A stretch of 32,000 bases of DNA from Aciduliprofundum boonei T469 (GCF_000025665.1 NC_013926.1:480001-512000), one strand, 5' to 3'; counted from the stretch's first letter, positions 1 to 9,549 are shown. Numbers and translations: made by a program. The notes: generated by a model not told the origin, from the letters alone.

Positions 1-211
1 TGCCAGGCTTTGCATTTTTTATCCTTGGCAATTCAAAGAACCAAGCGGTTAGGGCGGTAAAGAGGATGATTAGAAGCATGCAAATTATGAAAAGCATAGA
101 AGAATTGAATCTGTAGAGTAGGTATGCAAATAACCCAAGGAGAACGAAGGATATGCCGCCAACAAGCCCTATTTTCTCCTCGTCCCATAAATAGAAGTAA
201 TCAAAAATCAT
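1..211 (-). CDS. Membrane protein, N-terminal fragment (gene continues past the left edge of the window)
   Basis: Not in the ORF track because there is no stop in the window. The reverse-strand ATG at 211..209 reads MIFDYFYLWDEEKIGLVGGISFVLLGLFAYLLYRFNSSMLFIICMLLIILFTALTAWFFELPRIKNAKPG and stays open to position 1. It has two clear hydrophobic helices. Its ATG overlaps the TGA of the upstream wHTH gene in an ATGA junction (208..211). Confidence 0.45.
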   Translation of the reverse strand, partial: MIFDYFYLWDEEKIGLVGGISFVLLGLFAYLLYRFNSSMLFIICMLLIILFTALTAWFFELPRIKNAKPG

Positions 212-729
212 TTGACAACCTCCACCCTCATCCCCTTTATGTCAATTCTCGTGCTCCTTCTTATCAGGCCCCTGAGCATTATCTGGCTTATGCCCATCTT
301 CTCCACGAGATCTCCCAAGAAAATATCCTTTGAGGGTCCTATCGCTTTTATTATTTTCTCCTCCCACCCTTTAAACTCCTCATCGCTCATCGTTACTACC
401 CTTATAACTTCGGCCGCTTCAATTATTGGCAATGATAGATTTATTTGGAAAAGGTCATAGTAAGTGTGATACGCCTTTTTGACTCCCTGCTCTCCCGTAA
501 CCCACTGCGTCTCTACAAGCTTGATTTTTTCAAGGTATTTTAGGGCATCCACACCCTCTTCTCCATACTTCTCCTCTATCTCTTCAACTGTGCACCATTT
601 CTTGGTGATCTCCATAAATACCTTCTTTTTGACTTCTGAATCGCAAGCGTGAAAAACAGAGACAAGGTCTCCGATATCCGCAATTACCTTAATTCTGCTG
701 GCTGGCATATGAAGGATATTGTTTTCCAT
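208..729 (-). CDS. Putative transcriptional regulator with two winged-helix (ArsR-like) modules
   Basis: 173-aa ORF. The N-terminal half (VFHACDSEVKKKVFMEITKKWCTVEEIEEKYGEEGVDALKYLEKIKLVETQW) and the C-terminal segment (FLGDLVEKMGISQIMLRGLIRRSTRIDIKGMRV) both look like wHTH units. It is translationally coupled (ATGA) to the downstream membrane protein. Family assignment is by eye only. Confidence 0.5.
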   Translation of the reverse strand: MENNILHMPASRIKVIADIGDLVSVFHACDSEVKKKVFMEITKKWCTVEEIEEKYGEEGVDALKYLEKIKLVETQWVTGEQGVKKAYHTYYDLFQINLSLPIIEAAEVIRVVTMSDEEFKGWEEKIIKAIGPSKDIFLGDLVEKMGISQIMLRGLIRRSTRIDIKGMRVEVVK

Positions 730-851
730 AAATATATATTTTTTGGGGTGTGTTATTCTTGATTATTTATTACATAATCCATTTTAGTTTATTCAGTTAT
801 GGGTCATTTTTGGGTAGTAAATTTAAATAATAAAAATTGCATTTAAAGCTT

Positions 852-2219
852 ATGAAAGAATACGATATCATTGCTTTTGGTACAGGAAGTTCTATGAACA
901 TAGTATCTCCTCTTTTGCGAGACCCGAATCTCAAAGTGGCGGTCATAGAGAATGAGAAGGCTGGGGGTATATGTCTCACGAGGGGCTGCATACCGAGCAA
1001 GATGCTGATTTATCCTGCGGAAATAATGCATATAATACATCGTGCCAGGGAATTTTATATAGATGCAAAGGCAAAGCCCGATGCTGATGCCATACTTCAC
1101 TATGTACAAAAATCTGTGGATGATGAGAGTAAGATGATTGAGAGGAGCTTAAAGAGTCATCCAAGAATAGATTACTATCAAAAAACAGGCAAGTTTGTGG
1201 ATGATTACACTGTGGATGTTGGAGGGAAGGAGATTTATGGAGAGACCATACTTCTATGCAACGGCTCCAAGGCGTATGTGCCAAAGATAGAAGGGCTCAA
1301 GGAAGTTGGCTATATAACCAATCGTGAGTTTTTCTATTCTCTAAAGCATGTGCCAAAGAGCATCGCTATAATTGGTGGCGGTTATGTGGCCTTAGAGCTC
1401 GGATACTTTTTAGCCATGATGGGAAGCGAAGTGCACATTATTGAAATGCTCCCCGAGATTATAATGACTGAAGAGCCAGAGGCCCGCAAGCTCGTGTATA
1501 AAGAATTGTCAAAATTCATGCATTTCCATCTTGGCTACAAGGCAAAGGAAGCTCGCAAATCCATGGGAAAGAAGGTTGTTTTTGCAGAAAATAAGGATGG
1601 AGAGACCGTGGAAATAAAGGCGGAAGAGGTTTTAGTTGCAGCTGGCAGGGCACCTTGGAACAAGGAAACGCAAGTGGAGAAAACGGGAGTTAAAGTGGAT
1701 GAGCATGGATGGATAGTTGTGGATGAATTTATGCGCACAACCAAGGAAGGCATATGGGCCTGCGGAGATACAAATGGAAAGTATATGTTCAAGCATGTGG
1801 CAAATTATGAAAGTGAGATAGTGTTTTACAATGCGTTTGGGGGAAGAAAGCTAAAGGTGGACTACCACGCAGTGCCCCACGCAATTTTCACTTATCCCCA
1901 AGTTGCTCATGTTGGTATGAAGGAGGAAGATGCGAGGAGAAAGTATGAGATTTTGATCGGCGATTACAAGTATCAAGATACGGCCATGGGCGAGGCCATG
2001 AAATTAAAGGATTATTTTGTGAAGGTAATTGTGGACAAAGATACTTATAGAATTTTGGGAGCAACAATAGTTGGGCCGGAGGCATCTGTTCTAATTCAAG
2101 AGATAATAAATTTAATGTACACCCGTGAGCAAACTAGCGCAATGTATCGTGCCTTGCACATACATCCTGCAATGAACGAAGTAGTGCAGAGAGCATTCTA
2201 CAATTTACACGAACCTTAA
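852..2219 (+). CDS. Class I FAD-dependent pyridine nucleotide-disulfide oxidoreductase (mycothione-reductase / dihydrolipoyl-dehydrogenase-like)
   Basis: Redox-active CxxxxC in GGICLTRGCIPSK. N-terminal FAD motif YDIIAFGTGSS. Second dinucleotide fold IAIIGGGYVALELG. GD motif WACGDTNG followed by KHVANYE. C-terminal His-Glu dyad HIHPAMNE. The track start at 837 is TTG; the ATG at 852 (MKEYDII) is the more likely start. Confidence 0.85.
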   Translation: MKEYDIIAFGTGSSMNIVSPLLRDPNLKVAVIENEKAGGICLTRGCIPSKMLIYPAEIMHIIHRAREFYIDAKAKPDADAILHYVQKSVDDESKMIERSLKSHPRIDYYQKTGKFVDDYTVDVGGKEIYGETILLCNGSKAYVPKIEGLKEVGYITNREFFYSLKHVPKSIAIIGGGYVALELGYFLAMMGSEVHIIEMLPEIIMTEEPEARKLVYKELSKFMHFHLGYKAKEARKSMGKKVVFAENKDGETVEIKAEEVLVAAGRAPWNKETQVEKTGVKVDEHGWIVVDEFMRTTKEGIWACGDTNGKYMFKHVANYESEIVFYNAFGGRKLKVDYHAVPHAIFTYPQVAHVGMKEEDARRKYEILIGDYKYQDTAMGEAMKLKDYFVKVIVDKDTYRILGATIVGPEASVLIQEIINLMYTREQTSAMYRALHIHPAMNEVVQRAFYNLHEP

Positions 2220-2220
2220 T

Positions 2221-5200
2221 TTATGGGAAACGCAAAATAAACACTGTGCCCTTGGGCACATTATTTTCTATTTTTACCTCTCCTTTATGAAGCTCCATTA
2301 TCATTTTTACAATAGCCAATCCCAATCCAGAGCCCTTTCCCGATGCCAATCTTTCAAAGGGCTTGAAAATTATATCCCTCTTGCTCACGGGTATTCCAGG
2401 ACCATCATCGGCTATTCTTATTTCCATAGAGCCCTCAAAAATTTTGCCCGCAATCGTAACTTTTGATGCCCCATATTTAAAAGCATTGTCCAAAATATTT
2501 ACAAAAACTTCTTTGATGATTGGTAGAGCTTGAATGTGGTATGAAGGAACATTTAGTATTATTTTTCCCTGCGAATACTTCTGTTTTATTAGTTCAACGG
2601 AATCTTCAATTAGCTCCTTTAAGTTCATAATCTCTTTTTTCATATCAATTTTCTTGTTTCCTAACCGTGAGAACAACCTTGCCTTCTCAATTATATCTTC
2701 TGCTTCTTGAACGGCTTTTATCATGGTTGGTATGTATTCGTTAGGGCCCTCTTCATTCATCAATTCTAAATACCCATGGAGCACGGCAAGTGGATTTTTC
2801 AAATCATGGCTTACAATGTGAAGCATGAGCTCTTGCAGATTCTTTGCATCTTCTAATTCTTTATGATACTTTAATCCAGCTATGGCAACGGCTATGTGAG
2901 AAGCCATCAAATCTATAAGCAATCTATCATCCTCAGATATACCATCAATCTTATCACTCTCTACATTTAAAATACCAAAGAAGGTATGATTTGAAGATAT
3001 GGGAGTTGCGTATTTACTCTTTGTCTCCGGATTTACTCTAAGGTATAATGGATCTTTCGAAGCATCAGGGGTATAATAGGGCTTATTATTTTTTGTAACC
3101 CAACCAACGATGCTATTCTTGGAGTATAAATCCATGGATTGTGGGGGAGTAACACCCTTCCACTTGGCAGGAATAATTTTATTCCCTGAAACTTCTGCTA
3201 TTACCACTATTTTTAAATTCAGGATTGAAGTAAGGGCGTTTATGGCAAGCTCGTAAATTTCATCTTTGCTATGAGAAAGCTTGATTTTTTCAAAGGTTTT
3301 AACTAAAGCCAAGAGCTTTTCTTCCATATTTTTTATGCGGGTTATATCCTGTATGCTCACTATAACTGCCCTCTCACCCTCCCAATCAATCACAGAGCTT
3401 CTAATTATGGTCCATACTGGATTTCCTTGAGAATCTACGAATTTCACTATGTATGAATTGGGAGCAGAGAGTCCCTTCAATCTGCGCTGATACAAATCCC
3501 ACAAATAATCTCGCATATCTGGATGTATGAACTTGAGAAAGTTCTCACCTATGGCCTCTTCTCTCTTGTATTTCAATAAATCTGCAATCACATTATTGGC
3601 AAAGATGACTTTTCCATCCCGCACAATTACTATTCCCACAAGCAAGTTTTCCATCAATGTTTTGTACTTTTCCCATTCTTCCCTTATTTTTCTTTCTAGA
3701 TTCTTCCTTTCAGTTATGTCGGAAATCACCCCCACTATTCCCAGCAATTTTCCATTTTCATCTTTGAGGGGAGAGGCGTTTATTAGAACATCCACTATCT
3801 CTCCATTGTTCTTAACAAATTGTGCCTCGTAAGAGTCACTTATTCCCATCCTCCTTAATTTACCTTTTTTAAGCATAACCTCCCTTGATTCGGGAGTTGC
3901 AAAGCCCTCAATCCTTTTTCCTAATAGGTCCTCAACATTGTAACCAAGCATTTTTGCAAATCTATCATTCACAAAGCTCAACTTACCATTCATATCCTCT
4001 ATTATAATGCCGACCAAGGTTGTATTTATCAAGTTTTCAAGGGTTTCTTTAGTTCTCTTAATCTCCTTGTATAGATTGTAATTTGCTATGAAAATTCCCA
4101 GAGAGCTAGCAAGGGTGCGTAAATATTCTACAGTGTACTCATCGTAGGCATTCTTTTCCTTAGCAGCCATGCCTATAGTACCAAGCACGTCATTTTCATA
4201 GATTATGGGCACAATAACATTGGAGAAATCCACAACATCTGGAGGGCCAGCAATTTGATAAGAATCAGGACTTAAATCACGAAGTATGTTTCCTGTAATA
4301 AATGGCCCTTTAGTTTTTATAACTCTTGCAGTTATGGAGGTTGCAGGATCGCATTTTACAGTGAAATTTTCAATTTCTTTCTCCTCAGATTTTATCATTT
4401 GAAAAGAGATAATATCCTTGTCTTTATCGTAGAAGCTTATCGCTAGCCAGTGAAAGTTAAATACATTTTTAAGCTCATTGTATATGATTTCGAACATTTC
4501 CCTTGGTTCTGGGAATCCGCCCATTTTTAGAGATATGCGATACAAGGAAGAGAGCAGTTTGTTGTGTCTCCTTATTTCATTTTCCCACATTTTCCTCTCA
4601 GAAATATCACCTATTATTCCTATGGAGCTTGTGATTTTGCCTGAAGAATCTCTGAGAGGGGAAGCGCTTACAATTACATCAATTATCTTTCCATCCTTTC
4701 TTACTAGCTGGGTTTCATATAAATCACTTAAACCTTTTAATCTTCTCTTAGTTCTCTCCTTAATCTCTTTGAAGCTTTTTGGGGTGGTTATCAATTTTAT
4801 ATTTTTTCCAATTAATTCTTGTGGAGAATAGCCTAGGAGTTCTGCAAATCTCTTGTTGGTGAACAAGATATTTTCATTCAAATCATTTATAACGATGCCT
4901 ATGAGAGACGAGTTAATTATATTCTCTAGCATATCTCTGTTTTCTTTAATCTCCTCATACAAAAGAACATTTTTTAGGATGAGCGATATATAAGCTGCCA
5001 GAGTTTTGAGAAGTTTTACATCGTCCTTATTGAATGCTTCAGGCTCAAATCCACAGATAACTAAAGCTCCCAGAACTTCTCCCCTGTGAATTAAGGGGAT
5101 ACCCAGCCAAGAGGATATGGTATGTCCTACTTGGTGTGTTTTAGAGGGTAACTTCTCTTTTTTCACATTTTTTATGTAAAGCATCTTTTTATTGTATATC

Positions 5201-5766
5201 ACCCAACCAGTTAAACTTCCATGTGGGTCCAAATTGTATGTCCTCTTTGGTAGTCTCTTTCCCTCCTCATAGCTAAATACCACTGTAAAACTCTTTTTAT
5301 CTTTATTTACTAGCGATATTGCAAAAGAATTGAATTTCAAGAGTTTTTTTAGATTTTTGTATGTTTCCATAAAGAAATCTTCCTTTCTCCTTAATTTTGC
5401 AGTATTTAATACGAAGTCATAAATCAATTTAAGTATGTTAGAATGACCCTTTATTTCATCCTTCTGGGATTGTGCACCCCTCATCTGAATAAATACTATT
5501 CCTTTAACACAAAATGCGTAAATTTCAGAGGATTTGGAATTTTTCAAATTAATGGATTTATTTAAGCTCTCTATCTCTCCAGAAATTAAGTCCTTAAGGC
5601 CTTTATTTAATTCATTTGCATTTTCCACATAATCTAAGAAATTATCTCCAATTGAAATATCAGGTATGAGCTCTTTTGCCACCTCATTATACTTTAAAAT
5701 ATCCAAATTCTCATCTATAGCTATAATTCCCATATTCGGTGAATCAGGAATTAAATCTTTATCCAT
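2221..5766 (-). CDS. Multidomain sensor histidine kinase (PAS-GAF-PAS-GAF-PAS-PAS-GAF-HisKA-HATPase_c), cytoplasmic
   Basis: 1181-aa ORF. H-box HIVSHDLKNPLAVLHGY (His987 at 2806..2808). N-box VNILDNAFKYG. G1 DDGPGIP. G2 GSGLGLAIV. Three PAS-like blocks each end in the D-I-[ST]-[ER]-x-K signature, and GAF-like blocks lie between them. No TM helices and no response regulator in the window. Confidence 0.9.
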   Translation of the reverse strand: MDKDLIPDSPNMGIIAIDENLDILKYNEVAKELIPDISIGDNFLDYVENANELNKGLKDLISGEIESLNKSINLKNSKSSEIYAFCVKGIVFIQMRGAQSQKDEIKGHSNILKLIYDFVLNTAKLRRKEDFFMETYKNLKKLLKFNSFAISLVNKDKKSFTVVFSYEEGKRLPKRTYNLDPHGSLTGWVIYNKKMLYIKNVKKEKLPSKTHQVGHTISSWLGIPLIHRGEVLGALVICGFEPEAFNKDDVKLLKTLAAYISLILKNVLLYEEIKENRDMLENIINSSLIGIVINDLNENILFTNKRFAELLGYSPQELIGKNIKLITTPKSFKEIKERTKRRLKGLSDLYETQLVRKDGKIIDVIVSASPLRDSSGKITSSIGIIGDISERKMWENEIRRHNKLLSSLYRISLKMGGFPEPREMFEIIYNELKNVFNFHWLAISFYDKDKDIISFQMIKSEEKEIENFTVKCDPATSITARVIKTKGPFITGNILRDLSPDSYQIAGPPDVVDFSNVIVPIIYENDVLGTIGMAAKEKNAYDEYTVEYLRTLASSLGIFIANYNLYKEIKRTKETLENLINTTLVGIIIEDMNGKLSFVNDRFAKMLGYNVEDLLGKRIEGFATPESREVMLKKGKLRRMGISDSYEAQFVKNNGEIVDVLINASPLKDENGKLLGIVGVISDITERKNLERKIREEWEKYKTLMENLLVGIVIVRDGKVIFANNVIADLLKYKREEAIGENFLKFIHPDMRDYLWDLYQRRLKGLSAPNSYIVKFVDSQGNPVWTIIRSSVIDWEGERAVIVSIQDITRIKNMEEKLLALVKTFEKIKLSHSKDEIYELAINALTSILNLKIVVIAEVSGNKIIPAKWKGVTPPQSMDLYSKNSIVGWVTKNNKPYYTPDASKDPLYLRVNPETKSKYATPISSNHTFFGILNVESDKIDGISEDDRLLIDLMASHIAVAIAGLKYHKELEDAKNLQELMLHIVSHDLKNPLAVLHGYLELMNEEGPNEYIPTMIKAVQEAEDIIEKARLFSRLGNKKIDMKKEIMNLKELIEDSVELIKQKYSQGKIILNVPSYHIQALPIIKEVFVNILDNAFKYGASKVTIAGKIFEGSMEIRIADDGPGIPVSKRDIIFKPFERLASGKGSGLGLAIVKMIMELHKGEVKIENNVPKGTVFILRFP

Positions 5767-5908
5767 TTTATTTCCTATTAAATCATAAAAGTATTAATTT
5801 TTTTCTTCGAAATTATCAGAATTAAAAACTCTTCTAAACCGCAATATTCAAATATCAAATACTATTAAGCTCACACGCTATAATAAGTGGAGGTGAAAAA
5901 GATGGAAG

Positions 5909-6325
5909 GTGATGAAGATGGCTGTCGGGATTCACATCATAGCGGATATGTATGGTGTGGATCCAGCGCTATTGGCTAGGGTTGAAAGGATGAAGGAAGT
6001 TTTTGAAGGAGCAGTTAAGTTTGCAAAATTGAGCAAGATTTCTTCTGATTATTATCAATTCAGGCCTGAGGGTGCCAGCGGTATTGTTTTGATAGCAGAA
6101 TCCCATCTGAGTTTTCACACATGGCCCGAATATGGGCTTGTGACCTTGGATATATACACCTGTGGCGACCCTAAGCAGGCCGAGCTTGCGTATGAATATA
6201 TAAAAGAGAGGCTCAACCCTAGCCGTGTTGACCTTGTGCGTTTAGAGAGAGGTGTGGAATTTGAGAACGAAGAAGCAAATATTGAGATACCTAAAAAAAG
6301 AAAGGAGCCCGTGGGAGTTAATTAA
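5909..6325 (+). CDS. speH: S-adenosylmethionine decarboxylase proenzyme (pyruvoyl, class 1 SpeH type)
   Basis: Self-processing and active-site block VLIAESHLSFHTWPEYG (Glu-Ser cleavage), then LDIYTCG. SD GGAGGTGA lies at about 5889..5896. The start is ambiguous among GTG 5909, ATG 5912 and ATG 5918. About 24 aa of C-terminal tail beyond the usual ...ERG end lie in the overlap with the next gene. Confidence 0.9.
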   Translation: MMKMAVGIHIIADMYGVDPALLARVERMKEVFEGAVKFAKLSKISSDYYQFRPEGASGIVLIAESHLSFHTWPEYGLVTLDIYTCGDPKQAELAYEYIKERLNPSRVDLVRLERGVEFENEEANIEIPKKRKEPVGVN

Positions 6326-7301
6326 GTTGGTGGATGCGGATTTAAACGAATTCATAAATTCGCTCAAGAACCTTATGTATGAAGGGTTAGTTGAAAGTAG
6401 AAATGGAAAATTGTATCTTACGGAAGCGGGCAGGAAAGAGAGGGAAAAGTACAATTTAGAAATTTATGATATTAGATGCTCTGATTGTGAAGGAAGAGGT
6501 ATTGTTGAAGATCCGTTTGGCATTCTGAAAGAATACAAAAATATTGCATCCCAGAGACCCAAGCCCACAGCGGATTATGATCAGGGTTATATAAAGGAAG
6601 AGGATGTTATGCGCCGCATCGCTTTTATTTACGAGCGTGGAGATTTGGAAGATGCGGAAATTATTGTCATCGGCGATGATGATTTGATAAGTTTGGGTAT
6701 GGCATTAACAGGCCTGCCCAAGAGGATAGTTGTTCTAGAGATAGATGATAGGTTAATCAAATTTATAAATGAGAATGCAAAGAAGTATGGACTTCCCGTA
6801 GAAGCGAGAAAATTTGATGTAAGGAACGATATTGATGAGGATCTTCGCAGGAATTTTGATGTGTTCATAACTGATCCTGTGGAAACAATAGAAGGTATAA
6901 CTCTATTTCTATCAAGAGCAGCAAGTGGATTGAAGGGAGAGGGCTCAGCAGGATATTTTGGGCTCACCCATTTAGAGGCCTCACTTAAGAAATGGCAGGA
7001 AATAGAGAGAAGATTGCTGAGCATGAATTTTGTGATAACTGATATGTTGAGGGATTTCAATGTATATCCAATGAGCAACAATTTAGAATTGGCTGCAGAG
7101 GATTACATAGTTTATAGGGAGATAGCAAAAATAACAAATAACACAAGGATAGATGCAGATTTTTACCGCTCCACGCTTATCAGAATAGAGGCAGTTGGGG
7201 ACATTAAACCATTAGTTAGCGGTAGCGTGGAGCTTAAGGAAGAGATTTATGTGGATAACGAATCCCTGGTAACTGCCATGGCAACGAGGCGAAGGAAATG
7301 A
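6252..7301 (+). CDS. bpsA: DUF43-family aminopropyltransferase, probable N4-bis(aminopropyl)spermidine (branched-chain polyamine) synthase
   Basis: 349 aa. N-terminal wHTH-like module ([20 protein letters not shown]...[15 protein letters not shown]). Rossmann-type core with [11 protein letters not shown] and [11 protein letters not shown] motifs, recalled for BpsA/DUF43. It sits between speH and pdaD and is coupled to pdaD by ATGA. The only starts that keep the wHTH domain (GTG 6252, TTG 6261 or TTG 6279) overlap speH. Confidence 0.7.
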   Translation: MWNLRTKKQILRYLKKERSPWELIKLVDADLNEFINSLKNLMYEGLVESRNGKLYLTEAGRKEREKYNLEIYDIRCSDCEGRGIVEDPFGILKEYKNIASQRPKPTADYDQGYIKEEDVMRRIAFIYERGDLEDAEIIVIGDDDLISLGMALTGLPKRIVVLEIDDRLIKFINENAKKYGLPVEARKFDVRNDIDEDLRRNFDVFITDPVETIEGITLFLSRAASGLKGEGSAGYFGLTHLEASLKKWQEIERRLLSMNFVITDMLRDFNVYPMSNNLELAAEDYIVYREIAKITNNTRIDADFYRSTLIRIEAVGDIKPLVSGSVELKEEIYVDNESLVTAMATRRRK

Positions 7302-7843
7302 TGAATCTCATACCCACAAAGGTATTTTTTACCAAGGGTGTGGGCAGACACAAGAGCGAACTTGGCTCTTTCGAACGTGCGCTGAGAGATGCGGGAATAG
7401 CACAATTCAATCTTGTGGAAGTGAGCAGCATATTTCCACCAAATGCAGAGATGGTTTCAAAGGAAGAAGGTCTCCAATATCTGAAACCTGGACAAATTGT
7501 GTTCGTAGTTCTCGCTAAGAATTCAAGCAATGAGCTCAATCGCTTAATATCTGCCTCTGTAGGCCTTGCCATACCCAAGGATAGAAGCAAGTACGGGTAT
7601 CTGAGTGAGCATCATAGCTTTGGAGAGACTGCAGAGGTTGCGGGAGATTATGCCGAAGACCTTGCAGCAGAGATGCTTGCATCCACAATGGGATTGCAGC
7701 ATCATCTTGTTTGGGATGAAGATAAGGAAGTTTGGCGCTTGGATGACAGAATACTTATGACATCTAATATAACAGCTACTGCGGTGGTCGAAAAACCAGG
7801 TGAATGGACCACAGTGATTGCTGCTGCAGTTTTAGTTCCTTAA
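7298..7843 (+). CDS. pdaD: Pyruvoyl-dependent arginine decarboxylase proenzyme
   Basis: N-terminus [44 protein letters not shown] carries the characteristic Ser-Ser self-cleavage site. The 181-aa length is typical. The ATG overlaps the bpsA TGA (ATGA at 7298..7301). Confidence 0.9.
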   Translation: MMNLIPTKVFFTKGVGRHKSELGSFERALRDAGIAQFNLVEVSSIFPPNAEMVSKEEGLQYLKPGQIVFVVLAKNSSNELNRLISASVGLAIPKDRSKYGYLSEHHSFGETAEVAGDYAEDLAAEMLASTMGLQHHLVWDEDKEVWRLDDRILMTSNITATAVVEKPGEWTTVIAAAVLVP

Positions 7844-7945
7844 TACATCCTTTTAAATACTATGAGCTGTATGGGAAAATAAAAAAAGAGGGCGGGTGAA
7901 AAAGCACGATAAATTTTTCAGCTGTCCGTGCTAGGAGTGATATAT

Positions 7946-9301
7946 ATGGAAAATTTAAAATTTGAAGATATGAGTATATCTAAAGGGACAAAGAATGCTC
8001 TAAAAGAGCATAATTTTGTTGAACCAACAGAGGTTCAGGAGAAGGCGATACCCCTTGCAATTAAAGGTCGGGATTTGATAGTTCAATCTAAAACGGGCTC
8101 GGGTAAGACCTTGGCGTTTTTAATTCCAATATTTGAAAATTTAAATTCTGGACTTGAAGCAATAGTTTTAGTGCCCACCAGAGAACTTGCTCAGCAGGTT
8201 GAGAGAGTGGCTAGGAGTATAGGGAAGGCGCATGGAAAGAGAACAGTTGTTATATACGGAGGAGCGCCTATGGAAAGGCAAATAGCGGGCTTGAAAGGGG
8301 CTTCTATGGTTATAGGCACTCCAGGCCGCGTTATGGATTTGATGCGTAGAGGTTATTTGAATCTAAATGGTATAAGATTCTTTGTGCTGGATGAGGCAGA
8401 TAGAATGCTTGACATGGGATTCATAGATGATATAAAGTGGATTTTGCAAAAAACACCGAAGGATAAGCAAATGATGCTATTCTCAGCCACCATGCCTCCT
8501 GAAATAATATCCCTTGCAAGGAGATATATGAAAAATCCAGAGAAGATAATTCTCTCAGAGGATGAAATTACGGCAGAAAATGTAGCGCAGTATTATGTTG
8601 AAGTTGGGGAGATAAACAAAATTGCAAAATTATCCTCGCTGCTCATTTCAGAGCGGGGAAAGTATCTAATATTCTGCAATACTAGAAGAAAAACGAAGAA
8701 TATAGCGGAGATTTTGCAAAAATACGGATTCAAGGCATTTGCACTGCATGGAGATATGCGCCAAGCCACGAGAACACGCACAATGGATGCTTTCAAGCAG
8801 GGGAAGATTGATATATTGGTATCTACGGATGTTGCAGCCCGTGGAATTGATGTGCATGGCATAACTCATGTTGTGAATTACGATGTGCCTTTGTACCCCA
8901 AGGATTATGTGCACAGAATAGGACGTACAGGAAGGATGGATGCCCATGGGAAGGCTATAACCTTTGTTACAAGGGAAGATAAAGAATATTTCCGGAGGAT
9001 AGAGGATTTCATAGGGAAGAGAATTCCAAAGATGGAGATAAAGAATGTTGGTAAGATAAAGGAGCGCACAGATTACAAGGAAATAAGCGATATATTCGGC
9101 ATGGTCAAATTCAATTTTGAACTTAAGAATGAGTTGAGTGAGTGGGACTTGATAAAGATTGCAAATAATGTGGGAATAGGAGAGAATAGCATAGGCAATA
9201 TAATTCTGGAAGGAAAGAGGGGGAGTATGAAGGTTCATTATCGTAGTGCTCCAAAGGTAAAGAAAATGAGGGTATTTAAAAAGTTGGAATTGGCAAATTG
9301 A
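7946..9301 (+). CDS. DEAD-box ATP-dependent RNA helicase with a C-terminal DbpA-like RNA-binding extension
   Basis: Motif I SKTGSGKTLAF, Ia PTRELA, II VLDEADRML, III SAT, V ARGID, VI HRIGRTGR. SD AGGAGTGA at 7933..7940 precedes ATG 7946; the track start at 7928 is GTG. Confidence 0.9.
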   Translation: MENLKFEDMSISKGTKNALKEHNFVEPTEVQEKAIPLAIKGRDLIVQSKTGSGKTLAFLIPIFENLNSGLEAIVLVPTRELAQQVERVARSIGKAHGKRTVVIYGGAPMERQIAGLKGASMVIGTPGRVMDLMRRGYLNLNGIRFFVLDEADRMLDMGFIDDIKWILQKTPKDKQMMLFSATMPPEIISLARRYMKNPEKIILSEDEITAENVAQYYVEVGEINKIAKLSSLLISERGKYLIFCNTRRKTKNIAEILQKYGFKAFALHGDMRQATRTRTMDAFKQGKIDILVSTDVAARGIDVHGITHVVNYDVPLYPKDYVHRIGRTGRMDAHGKAITFVTREDKEYFRRIEDFIGKRIPKMEIKNVGKIKERTDYKEISDIFGMVKFNFELKNELSEWDLIKIANNVGIGENSIGNIILEGKRGSMKVHYRSAPKVKKMRVFKKLELAN

Positions 9302-9348
9302 TTTATATACCCTAAACTCTTTATCTTTTGAGGATATATCTTCCTTCA

Positions 9349-9549
9349 ATGGAGAACAGGTGTATAATTTGTGGCAAAAAATTGCATGATCCTTTTGCTC
9401 TTTATTGCGCTGAATGTGAGTATGAACTTAAAAGAGCCCGGCTGGGAGATGAGGAAACAGTGGAAGATTACATAAATAGGGTTAAAATGGAAAATATGCA
9501 CCCTCATGCAGATTTAAAAGGAGTAAAATCTTTGGATTCATTTTTTTAA
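9349..9549 (+). CDS. Small zinc-ribbon-like protein (CxxC...CxxC), function unknown
   Basis: MENRCIICGKKLHDPFALYCAECEYELKRA has two CxxC pairs. The TATA-like tttatata at 9302..9309 is compatible with a transcript starting near 9331. The track start at 9328 is TTG. Confidence 0.4.
   Translation: MENRCIICGKKLHDPFALYCAECEYELKRARLGDEETVEDYINRVKMENMHPHADLKGVKSLDSFF

Noticed and set aside
124-460. Forward ORFs at 124..333 and 212..460.
   Set aside because: They are antisense to the wHTH regulator and to the left-edge membrane protein, with no supporting signals.
3527-4831. Forward ORFs at 3527..3832 and 4478..4831.
   Set aside because: They are shadow ORFs inside the histidine kinase gene, with no motifs.
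6629-7590. Reverse ORFs at 6629..7081 and 7234..7590.
   Set aside because: They are shadow ORFs opposite bpsA and pdaD.
8666-9349. A 227-aa reverse-strand ORF, and the 89-aa ORF at 8593..8862.
   Set aside because: Both are antisense to the well-supported DEAD-box helicase gene. They have no motifs, and their composition mirrors the sense gene.
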